Shown: piece by piece, positions 24,522 to 33,270 of the stretch | Layout: every line of letters begins with the position of its first letter | Numbering within the stretch: position 1 is the first letter of the stretch | Source: Candidatus Cloacimonadales bacterium | Lineage (GTDB): Bacteria > Cloacimonadota > Cloacimonadia > Cloacimonadales > JAFGVF01 | Length of the DNA: 64,000 nt | Assembly (NCBI GenBank): GCA_963662585.1 | Contig: OY759729.1 | Span: 2,240,001-2,304,000, forward strand | Direction: 5' to 3' | Notes under the pieces: model-generated | The model's input: the letters and a program-made list of their open reading frames with translations, nothing else | Told to the model about the DNA's origin: nothing | Databases searched by the model: none | Position numbers and translations under genes: made by a program

Positions 24522-25772
24522 ATGAAAATATTAGTATTAGGAAGTGGGGCAAGAGAACATGCCTTAGCTGTTAAATTTGCTGAGAGTCCTAAAGTAACCC
24601 AAGTGATAGTTGCTCCAGGAAACGGGGGAATTTCTCAAGAGTTCCAATGTGTTGAATTAGATGATTTTGGTGCTATTTCTGCATTCGTTAAAAACGAAAA
24701 TATAGATATGGTTTTTGTAGGGCCTGAACAACCACTTTCTGAGGGAGTTGTTGATTTTCTCACAGAAGAAGGAATAATAGCAATAGGACCTTCAAAAAAA
24801 GCTGCTCAAATAGAATCCAGTAAAGCATTTGCTAAAGACTTAATGAAAAAATACAAGGTTCCAACTGCTAAATATGAAGTATTTACTGACTATTCCCATG
24901 CAAAAGAATATATTAATGTCTGCAAATATCCCATAGTATTTAAAGCTGATGGTTTGGCTGCAGGTAAAGGGGTGGTTATTGTAAATTCTCAACTTGAAGC
25001 TGAGCAAGAATTAAAAGAGTTTATGCTTGATAGTAAGTTTGGAAATGCTGGTGCTAAACTGGTTATTGAAGAATTTTTACAAGGTTGGGAAACTTCTATT
25101 TTTGCTTTTTGCGATGGAGATAACTTCGTTTCTACTATATTCTCAATGGATCATAAGCAATTAGAAGCAGGAGATAAAGGACCTAATACTGGTGGAATGG
25201 GAGCAATTGCTCCGATTATAGAAGCTGAAAAATATAAATATGATATAGAAAGAGAAGTATTTGCTCCAATATTACTCGGGATGAAAGAATCAGGTTGCTC
25301 TTTCACTGGAGTCTTGTATTGCGGCTTGATGATAACCCCAGAAGGTGCTAAAGTGATAGAATTTAACTGTCGTTTTGGTGATCCAGAAACTCAAGTTATT
25401 TTACCTTTATTAAAGACAGATTTAGTTGATGTTTGTGAAGCAATTGCTGAGAAGAGGGTAAGCCAATTAGATTTACTCTGGAAAGATCAATTTGCGATAA
25501 ATATTGTTTGTGCAGCTGGTGGCTATCCTGGAAAATATGAAAAAGGTAAGGTTATAGAAGTTGGTGATATTGATAGAGATAGCAAGGTCTATTATGCTGG
25601 TGTGAAAAAATCTGAAGGAAAATTATTGACAAATGGTGGCAGAGTGCTAGGAATTACATCGCTAAGTTATAATAGAGAAAAATTAATTCAAAAAAGTTAC
25701 TCTTTAGTCGAAAAGATTTTTTTCGAGGGAAAAGTTATTAGAACAGATATTGGACAGAGGTCCCAACGATAA
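24522..25772 (+). CDS. purD: Phosphoribosylamine-glycine ligase
   Basis: MKILVLGSGAREHALA, GPEQPL, KADGLAAGKGV, GPNTGGMGA, EFNCRFGDPETQ. Confidence 0.98.
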   Translation: MKILVLGSGAREHALAVKFAESPKVTQVIVAPGNGGISQEFQCVELDDFGAISAFVKNENIDMVFVGPEQPLSEGVVDFLTEEGIIAIGPSKKAAQIESSKAFAKDLMKKYKVPTAKYEVFTDYSHAKEYINVCKYPIVFKADGLAAGKGVVIVNSQLEAEQELKEFMLDSKFGNAGAKLVIEEFLQGWETSIFAFCDGDNFVSTIFSMDHKQLEAGDKGPNTGGMGAIAPIIEAEKYKYDIEREVFAPILLGMKESGCSFTGVLYCGLMITPEGAKVIEFNCRFGDPETQVILPLLKTDLVDVCEAIAEKRVSQLDLLWKDQFAINIVCAAGGYPGKYEKGKVIEVGDIDRDSKVYYAGVKKSEGKLLTNGGRVLGITSLSYNREKLIQKSYSLVEKIFFEGKVIRTDIGQRSQR

Positions 25773-25916
25773 TAGGAGGCAATTACTATAATTGTTCTGG
25801 CATAAAAATGATTTTAGAAGATGCATTTGGATGTATAAATTACTCCATAGATATGAGAATAATATAGTATTTTTCTGTCTAATAACCAAAGATAACTAAA
25901 AAACAAGAGAGAAATT

Positions 25917-28900
25917 ATGACTAACAGATTAATAATAATAGCATTGATATTAGGACTTTTTCAGGTCCTCACCGGATATGAATTTGAAATTTTGGAGATG
26001 AGTGAATCTTATATTAGAGTAGGGTTCCAAGTTCCTGATTACACAATTGAAAAAAGTAAAACTCACAAAAGCGCTTCTGATAAAATCAATATTACTGATG
26101 CGGAATTAACTTTTGATGAAAAAAGGCCAATTATTCCCTACTTCGCAGATGCAATAGGAATACCAGAAGATGGCGATATTAATGTCAGAATTTTAACCAA
26201 AAAGAGTAAAAATTACGAGAACTTAGACTTAGAAAGATGTCCTCTTGTATATCTAGTTGAGGATGAGGTTGAATATAGAAATGAAAATCCTGCTTCTAAA
26301 GAACTAAAGAATGAACTCTATCCTAAGAATATTATTGAGAAAGGTGATAGTGCTTTTATTGGTGACAGAAGGTTTTCTACTTTCCAATTATATCCTTTCC
26401 AATATAATGAAGCTAAGAAAAAGTTAGTAGTTCATGAGTATATAGAATTTGAAATAACAATTAGTGGGGATATTAGTTCTAATAGAGAGTGGCAATTCTC
26501 AGATAACTTTATAGATAATGTCGGTGATGATTTCTTTTTAAATAATAGATTCTCCCAGAAATGGAGAAAAGAACTTGTTTCAGATACTGAAATAGAGAGA
26601 GAGACTTATACTAATAATGCCATTGATTTAACAGTAATCGAAGATGGAATCTACAAGGTGACCTATGAGTTCTTACAAGAAATGCTTACTGAGTATCAAG
26701 ATGAAACAGCAGTTTTACTTGGCTGGAGATTAGATAATATAAATCCAAAATATCTGCAACTGGAAAGCAAACAAGGGTTAGAACCAATTTATTTCTCAGG
26801 TGAAGAGGATGGTTCTTTTGATCCTGGAGATTATTTTGAATTTTACGGAATCCGAAACACTGGTGTAGAATCTTATTTTGGGGCTTATACTTCCAAAAAT
26901 ATCTATAAATTGAGACTAATTGATGGCTTTGGCTCTCGTATGGCAGTGGAGAACGGTGGTATCATGGTCTCTAATCCTACTGAATATATCGAGCCAAGGA
27001 ATTATGACCATAATATTCATCTGGAAGTTCAAAGCTTCTATGAAAAAATCGGTAAAGGTTATGATTATGATGTAAATTATTATAGAGAAGATAACTACTT
27101 CTGGAGAAAAATCAAAGCTCCAAATTTAGAAATTGTAGCTTTCGATTTGCAATATCCTGCTGATTTGAATATTAATAAAATAGATGTAAAAGTCTCTTTG
27201 TTTGGTTTGACTTATAGTGACACAAATGTTAATGATCATCATGCAATTGTTAGACTTAATCAAGGGATAATTGATTCAAAAGTGTGGACTGGACAAACTG
27301 AACAAATATTTGAGAGTTCTAATCTTATTTCTAACTCATTCCTAACCCACGGAGAAAATAATCTCTATATTAGTTTAACAGGTGATACACCAAATGGCGA
27401 AAATGAACTTGTTGCTTTAGACTACTTAGATTTAACCTATTGGAGAGAATATAAAACTGATTTAGACTGGATTAAATTCAAGAAACCTAGAAATAAAGGA
27501 TATGGCTTGTATAACTTTGTTTTAGGAGGATTTCAAAATACCGATGTTTCCATCTACAAGATTGGTAGTAGTAAGATGGAAAATATTAGAGTTGAACCTG
27601 CTTTTGAACTTGGAGAAGCTCCTTATAATGTAACATTCCAAGATAATGTTAATTCTGAAGATATTGAATATATCGCTTTAACTGAAGAAAATAAGAAAAT
27701 CCCTATAGATGTTAGTATTGATAAAATATCAGATCTAAAATCTACTTCTAACAACTATGATTGTTTAATTATTACAAGAAACGATTTCATTGCTAACGAA
27801 GGGATTGCTCTGTATAAAAGCCTCTGGGATGAAATTGGCTATAATACCAAAATAATAGATGTGCAAGATATCTATGATGAATTTAATAACGGTGTGGTTT
27901 CTGCTGATGCCATCAAGGATTTTCTCACTTATGCTTACTACAATTGGAGTGCTCCAAGAGTAAGAAGTGTCTTCTTAGTGGGAGACGCTACCTATAATAC
28001 TACTGATAACTCACCTACAGAAAAATATAATATAATACCTTATAGAAAAGTATGGACTTGGAAGCATGGTGTTACACCAAGCGATAACTGGTATGGCTGT
28101 GTTGTTGGTGATGATACCGTAGCAGAAATTGCGGTAGGAAGAATCAACATCTGGGAAGCTGATCAAATCAATGATATTGCTCAAAAGAGTTATACTCATA
28201 TAAAAGAAGCAGTATTTGAAAGTTTAGGTTCTGCTCATGTTACTCTCTCTGCTGGAGGTAAAGTTGGTGATGGAAATGATATCTTCTCTGTTCAAGAAGA
28301 GTTAATCAAAAGAAGAATGATTAATGATGATTACAGAGTTTCTCGTGTCTATACAACTACTCAAACAGTAAATTCTAATTTCTATGGCTCTACCTTCTCT
28401 TTAAAAGATAATATAGACCAAGGTACAACATTCTTACAGTTTATGGGTCATGGTGGTGGTAGAATCTGGGCTGACTATAACTTACTTAATTTTAATGATA
28501 TTCGAACTTTAAATAATGATTATTATCCCTTTGTTAGTAGTCTTGCATGTTATGCTTCATCATTCGATTATCCTGGTGCTTCTTGTATAAGTGAAGCTTT
28601 TGTTTCTGAACCTAATAAAGGGGCAATTGCAACTGTAGGATTTTCTGGTTTGGGATACTTGAATCAGGATTTAACCTTTGGTACAGCTCTTGCTGATGGA
28701 TATTTTAGATCAGAACTAGATAATATCGGTGATGTTATTAATTATACTAAAGCAAAATTCTATGTAAAATCAAGCGGACAAGCCCGTATAGCTCTTACTG
28801 CTGGTTGCGTACTTATCGGAGATCCTAATGTGCCGATTCATAAGCCTAGAAAGAGATTAGAAGTCTCTACAGATAAGGAGATTTATGCTCCTGGTGATAC

Positions 28901-30869
28901 CATAAGGGTTGCTATGAATAATAGTGATTTAGACTTAGAAAAGGCTAAACTCTTCATTATTGATAAAGATGGCTTAGTGAAAAATATTGCTTACTATCTT
29001 CCTGTGATTGCTGGAAACTATAACCACACTTTTGTTATTCCTACAGACACAGCGGAAGGTTTGTTCTACCGGATAAGGGTTGAAAGTTATGATGAAGCTG
29101 GCGTTTATTATGGCGAAAAAACAGTGGGAATAGGCAATTCAAATTTTGCTAATATTACTCATCTTCCAGCAAAACCTACTGTATATGATTCTGTCAGCGT
29201 TAGCTGTAATATTATTTCTGAGAAAGAGATAAGTAGTGTTACATTAGAGTATAGTACTTCCTCTGCTAAAACTAGGACGACCATACCAATGGAGTTTATT
29301 GCAGGTTCTGTAAATGAATATAGAACTACTTTGGCTATTCCAAAGCAAAATGCAGACCGAGAAGTAATGTATTCAATAGAAGTAGTTAATGTAGATCGTG
29401 AAGTCATTGTCTCTAATCAATATAACTATGTTGTTCTCGCTCCTGACTTGAATATCGTAACTGGGGAAATGGTAAGTGTAAATGAAAACCCTACCTTAAA
29501 GTATATTATTAACAATGCAGGAAACTGTAATTCTCAGCAGACCAATGTTCAATTAAATAGAATTGATTTAGCTAATAGTAATGAAGTTTTAATATATGAA
29601 AGTACTATTCCTGGATTAGAAGAGCTTGAAGAGTATGAATTGTTGATTCCTGTAGATGATTTTACAGCAGGTAATTTTCGATTTACTCTAAGAGTTAACT
29701 ATCCAAACTTGTTTAGTGAAATTACTCAAGCTAATAATACACATAATTTAGAAAATGTGATGAATTATCAATTACTTGATATTAACGGGGGAAGTGTAGA
29801 AAGTACTGATAACAGTGCCGAGCTTATCGTACCTGCTAATTATCATCAAAATATGTTATTCAATATTGTTCATGAGGATTATCTTACACCTAATATGCAA
29901 CCAGATTTGGAAACCGTCCTTGTCGCTGGTGATTATGAATCTAGAGTGTATGATATTACCTGTTTAAACTCTGAAATTGCTGATTCTACAGGTCTTCTTT
30001 TAAATGGTGAATTGGATGTAAAGATTAAGTATGCAATGTCAGATTCAACAACTTCTTACTATGCTAATGCGAATCAATTAAAACTTTTTAGATGGAATAG
30101 TAGATATCAGAAATGGGTCTTCCAAGGAGGATTTACTTCTACTGATGATGGTACTATTAGAGGTAGGATTAAGCGTCTAGGTAAATTTACTATTTTGAGA
30201 AGTAAAGATAGTATTGCTCCCGAGATTGACCCTAATGTGCAAGATCAAGAATTTACTCAAGGGGGATATATCTCAGGAAAAGGAACTATTTCAATAGTTC
30301 TATCTGATGCTAATGGAATTGATGTTGAAGAGAATAAATTTGGTTTTTATCTAAATGGAGAAGCTATTCCTGAAGAAAACCTAGTTATTACTCAAAATGA
30401 CTATAATGTTAATAATATCCCTATAAAATACCACTTGGATTTACCTAAAGGAGAATATACTTTAGTTGTTGACTGCACAGATGTCAGCGGTAATTTTAAC
30501 TCCTTAGATATAACTTTTAAAGTTAATACTGAATTTAATATTATCAACATCGCTAATTATCCTAATCCGATTATTGCTCAAGCTAATGATCCTATACACG
30601 ATGGAAGAACTCGCTTTACTTACACTCTTACTGATGATGCAGAAAAAGTCTCAATTGTTGTCTATACTGTTGCCGGAAGGAAAGTCGTTGAATTTGATAA
30701 CCTCCCAACAACAGTAGGTTATCATGAATATCCAAGAAGTGTTTATGGTTGGGATTGCAAAGATAGAGCTGGATTCGATCTAGCTAATGGTGTTTATTTC
30801 TACAAAGTAATTGCTAGAAGAGGCGGTAAAAAAATCGAAAAAATCCAAAAAATGGCTATAATTAAATAG
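25917..30869 (+). CDS. C25 (gingipain-family) cysteine peptidase, PorU-like T9SS sortase candidate, with CTD
   Basis: Signal peptide, C25 propeptide-like region, GIYKVT / DYFEFYG, DVQDIYDEF..G, SDNWY, EIAVGRI, FMGHGG (His), SLACYASSFDYP (Cys), LIGDP, NYPNP...WD..D..G..LANGVYFYK CTD. Confidence 0.85.
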   Translation: MTNRLIIIALILGLFQVLTGYEFEILEMSESYIRVGFQVPDYTIEKSKTHKSASDKINITDAELTFDEKRPIIPYFADAIGIPEDGDINVRILTKKSKNYENLDLERCPLVYLVEDEVEYRNENPASKELKNELYPKNIIEKGDSAFIGDRRFSTFQLYPFQYNEAKKKLVVHEYIEFEITISGDISSNREWQFSDNFIDNVGDDFFLNNRFSQKWRKELVSDTEIERETYTNNAIDLTVIEDGIYKVTYEFLQEMLTEYQDETAVLLGWRLDNINPKYLQLESKQGLEPIYFSGEEDGSFDPGDYFEFYGIRNTGVESYFGAYTSKNIYKLRLIDGFGSRMAVENGGIMVSNPTEYIEPRNYDHNIHLEVQSFYEKIGKGYDYDVNYYREDNYFWRKIKAPNLEIVAFDLQYPADLNINKIDVKVSLFGLTYSDTNVNDHHAIVRLNQGIIDSKVWTGQTEQIFESSNLISNSFLTHGENNLYISLTGDTPNGENELVALDYLDLTYWREYKTDLDWIKFKKPRNKGYGLYNFVLGGFQNTDVSIYKIGSSKMENIRVEPAFELGEAPYNVTFQDNVNSEDIEYIALTEENKKIPIDVSIDKISDLKSTSNNYDCLIITRNDFIANEGIALYKSLWDEIGYNTKIIDVQDIYDEFNNGVVSADAIKDFLTYAYYNWSAPRVRSVFLVGDATYNTTDNSPTEKYNIIPYRKVWTWKHGVTPSDNWYGCVVGDDTVAEIAVGRINIWEADQINDIAQKSYTHIKEAVFESLGSAHVTLSAGGKVGDGNDIFSVQEELIKRRMINDDYRVSRVYTTTQTVNSNFYGSTFSLKDNIDQGTTFLQFMGHGGGRIWADYNLLNFNDIRTLNNDYYPFVSSLACYASSFDYPGASCISEAFVSEPNKGAIATVGFSGLGYLNQDLTFGTALADGYFRSELDNIGDVINYTKAKFYVKSSGQARIALTAGCVLIGDPNVPIHKPRKRLEVSTDKEIYAPGDTIRVAMNNSDLDLEKAKLFIIDKDGLVKNIAYYLPVIAGNYNHTFVIPTDTAEGLFYRIRVESYDEAGVYYGEKTVGIGNSNFANITHLPAKPTVYDSVSVSCNIISEKEISSVTLEYSTSSAKTRTTIPMEFIAGSVNEYRTTLAIPKQNADREVMYSIEVVNVDREVIVSNQYNYVVLAPDLNIVTGEMVSVNENPTLKYIINNAGNCNSQQTNVQLNRIDLANSNEVLIYESTIPGLEELEEYELLIPVDDFTAGNFRFTLRVNYPNLFSEITQANNTHNLENVMNYQLLDINGGSVESTDNSAELIVPANYHQNMLFNIVHEDYLTPNMQPDLETVLVAGDYESRVYDITCLNSEIADSTGLLLNGELDVKIKYAMSDSTTSYYANANQLKLFRWNSRYQKWVFQGGFTSTDDGTIRGRIKRLGKFTILRSKDSIAPEIDPNVQDQEFTQGGYISGKGTISIVLSDANGIDVEENKFGFYLNGEAIPEENLVITQNDYNVNNIPIKYHLDLPKGEYTLVVDCTDVSGNFNSLDITFKVNTEFNIINIANYPNPIIAQANDPIHDGRTRFTYTLTDDAEKVSIVVYTVAGRKVVEFDNLPTTVGYHEYPRSVYGWDCKDRAGFDLANGVYFYKVIARRGGKKIEKIQKMAIIK

Positions 30870-30877
30870 GGGATAAA

Positions 30878-31885
30878 ATGAAAAAAATATACATAACAAT
30901 AATTACTTTAGTAGTTGTAATAAACCTCTTTGCAGGTAGATATGCAGGCGATTTCATGGCTATCGGTGGTGGAGTCAGAGCTATTTCTATGGGTGGTGCT
31001 TTTAGTGCTGTTGCTGATGATGCTAATGCCATTTACTGGAATACTTCAGGAATTGGACAGATAAAAGAGGGGCAGATTTTTGCCATGCATGCTTTCTTAT
31101 ATGAAGGTTTAGCAAGTTATGATAATGTTGTATTTTGTCAGCCTTTACCTAATAATGCAACTATTGGGGTTAATTGGACACGATTAACTGTAGATGAAAT
31201 TCCCTATTTTAAAGAAAAGTATCTTGCCGGAACAAATGTAGACCAGAGAGTTGCAAATCCTGCTTTGCACTTACCGGGCGAGCCAGATAGCAGATTCAAG
31301 AGTACTGATGATCTCTTTCAATTAGGTTTTAGTAAACATGTTCATCTAGAGTTTGATTTAGGCTGGAAGTTTTTCCAAATGCCCTTTGATATTTATACTG
31401 GAGGAAATCTAAAATTCATTCGAAGAAAACTGTTTGAAAATATGGGTACTGGTACAGGATTTGATTTATCTTTTCTTTTGACCACAGATATGTCCTATGT
31501 TTTTAATCAAGATTTCTTAGGAAAAATTAAGTATGGAGTGAACTTTATGGACCTAGGTAATACTGACATTAAATGGGATTCTCGTTCTGATAGAGTAGAT
31601 GAAGTTTTGATGAATACCAAAATGGGTGTTGCCCTAGAACAGCCACTTCCCTTTATTAAATCAGATTTAATCTTATCACTTGATAAAGACTATGTTTATG
31701 ATGAAAGAGTGCATTATGGGGGAGAGTTGAATTATGACCAAAGAGTTGCAGTTAGAGGTGGATATAGTGATGGAAATTATTCAACAGGTGTTGGCTTAAA
31801 CATCTATAATTTTAAAATAGATTATGCCTTTGTTACTAATGACTTAGGTAACACAAACAGAATTGGACTAAGTTTTATATTTTAG
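30878..31885 (+). CDS. PorV/PorQ-like outer-membrane beta-barrel (FadL-like)
   Basis: FMAIGGGVRAISMGGAFSAVADDANAIYWN N-terminus; C-terminal RGGY...IDYAF...LG.TNRIGLSFIF ending in Phe. Confidence 0.75.
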   Translation: MKKIYITIITLVVVINLFAGRYAGDFMAIGGGVRAISMGGAFSAVADDANAIYWNTSGIGQIKEGQIFAMHAFLYEGLASYDNVVFCQPLPNNATIGVNWTRLTVDEIPYFKEKYLAGTNVDQRVANPALHLPGEPDSRFKSTDDLFQLGFSKHVHLEFDLGWKFFQMPFDIYTGGNLKFIRRKLFENMGTGTGFDLSFLLTTDMSYVFNQDFLGKIKYGVNFMDLGNTDIKWDSRSDRVDEVLMNTKMGVALEQPLPFIKSDLILSLDKDYVYDERVHYGGELNYDQRVAVRGGYSDGNYSTGVGLNIYNFKIDYAFVTNDLGNTNRIGLSFIF

Positions 31886-31893
31886 GAGATATT

Positions 31894-32718
31894 ATGAAAA
31901 AAGAGATAAAAATAATAGGATTATTACTTCTACTAGCATTTCTATTGGTAGCTTGTTCTGGCGATGATGAACTTGATAAAGATACTATCCCTCCAACAAA
32001 ACCAAATTTGATTCCTCATCTTGGTGATACTGGTGATGGTGAAATAGCATATAATGGACATAATATCTTCCTCAATGATGCTAATAACGGAATTGATGCT
32101 GAAAGCGGGGAAAGAGGTTTCAGATTAATGTGGGATCCCCTTATCTATGATAATGACTTAGAAAAGATATTTATTAATAGATATATGAATGATGATATTG
32201 AAAACATTGCAAAGATAGATTCTATAACAGCAGATAATGAATATTATATTGATAACTCAATCTCGGCAGATTATCTTCACGAAAATAAGTTTTCTTACTT
32301 TATAGATTTGATAGATCGTGCTGGCAACTCCACTCGTTCCGATACTGTACACTATAGATTAGCTGAGAAAACATATTTACTTGCACCTCAAAATGGAACA
32401 AGTTTATCAACTTCTCATAACATGATTTTTGATTGGAATTACACAGGGAATTATGACTTTTATAGAGTATTGCTATTTAATGATTCGGATGTCCTACTTT
32501 GGTTTAAAGATGTTCTAATAGATGCACCTGATGAGAATCTACAAGATGATTCATCTGCTCTATATACAGGAGTTTTAGCTGATGGTCGTTACTATTGGCG
32601 AGTTGATGTCTTTAAATACGATTATGAATTAGATCCGTATTACGATAATGGCAGAACTTTTTACTATGGCTCAGAATCTGACATTAGTGAGTTTTTGATT
32701 GATAGAAACAAAAATTGA
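31894..32718 (+). CDS. Lipoprotein with FN3-like domains, function unknown
   Basis: Lipobox LVAC followed by an acidic stretch; D.AGN.. and YYWRV motifs. Confidence 0.8.
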   Translation: MKKEIKIIGLLLLLAFLLVACSGDDELDKDTIPPTKPNLIPHLGDTGDGEIAYNGHNIFLNDANNGIDAESGERGFRLMWDPLIYDNDLEKIFINRYMNDDIENIAKIDSITADNEYYIDNSISADYLHENKFSYFIDLIDRAGNSTRSDTVHYRLAEKTYLLAPQNGTSLSTSHNMIFDWNYTGNYDFYRVLLFNDSDVLLWFKDVLIDAPDENLQDDSSALYTGVLADGRYYWRVDVFKYDYELDPYYDNGRTFYYGSESDISEFLIDRNKN

Positions 32719-32780
32719 GAATAATCTTGACTGATAATAGAATTAATAATTTATTGAAAAAAACATATAAAGGGGCTCTT

Positions 32781-33260
32781 GTGAGACGATTTATAATTAT
32801 AATAGTATTATGCTTGTTTAGCTTGTCAATTGCTGCACAAGATACAATCTCTTCAGGTATTAATAATGCATCAGCATACTCATTTTCAGGTGCTCGGGGA
32901 GATCAAGAACAGTTAAAAATCAACGCTTATATTTGGGGAGAAGTTAAGAGCCCAGGCTTGTATTTAGTCCCAGATAATACTGACATTTTAACCTTGATAG
33001 CTTTAGCAGGTGGTCCATCAGATGATGCCAGATTACAAGATATTAGAATTGTTCGCTCTTATGGGGAACAAGAAGAGACTATTTCAATAGACTTGGAATC
33101 TTATCTTAATAGTGGCGATAAAGAGTATAATGTTACTCTTAAACCAGGTGATACAGTGATAGTTAGGGGTACCTTCTATCGTAAATTCAAAGACTTTGTT
33201 ACTTTCATGTCTGAGATAGGTATTATCCTTACTGTATATATTACAATTCTAAAACTATAA
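32781..33260 (+). CDS. SLBB-domain polysaccharide export protein (Wza-like)
   Basis: IWGEVKSPGLY, LIALAGG, LKPGDTVIV; likely GTG start at 32781 giving a signal peptide. Confidence 0.8.
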   Translation: MRRFIIIIVLCLFSLSIAAQDTISSGINNASAYSFSGARGDQEQLKINAYIWGEVKSPGLYLVPDNTDILTLIALAGGPSDDARLQDIRIVRSYGEQEETISIDLESYLNSGDKEYNVTLKPGDTVIVRGTFYRKFKDFVTFMSEIGIILTVYITILKL

Positions 33261-33270
33261 GAGAGGATTC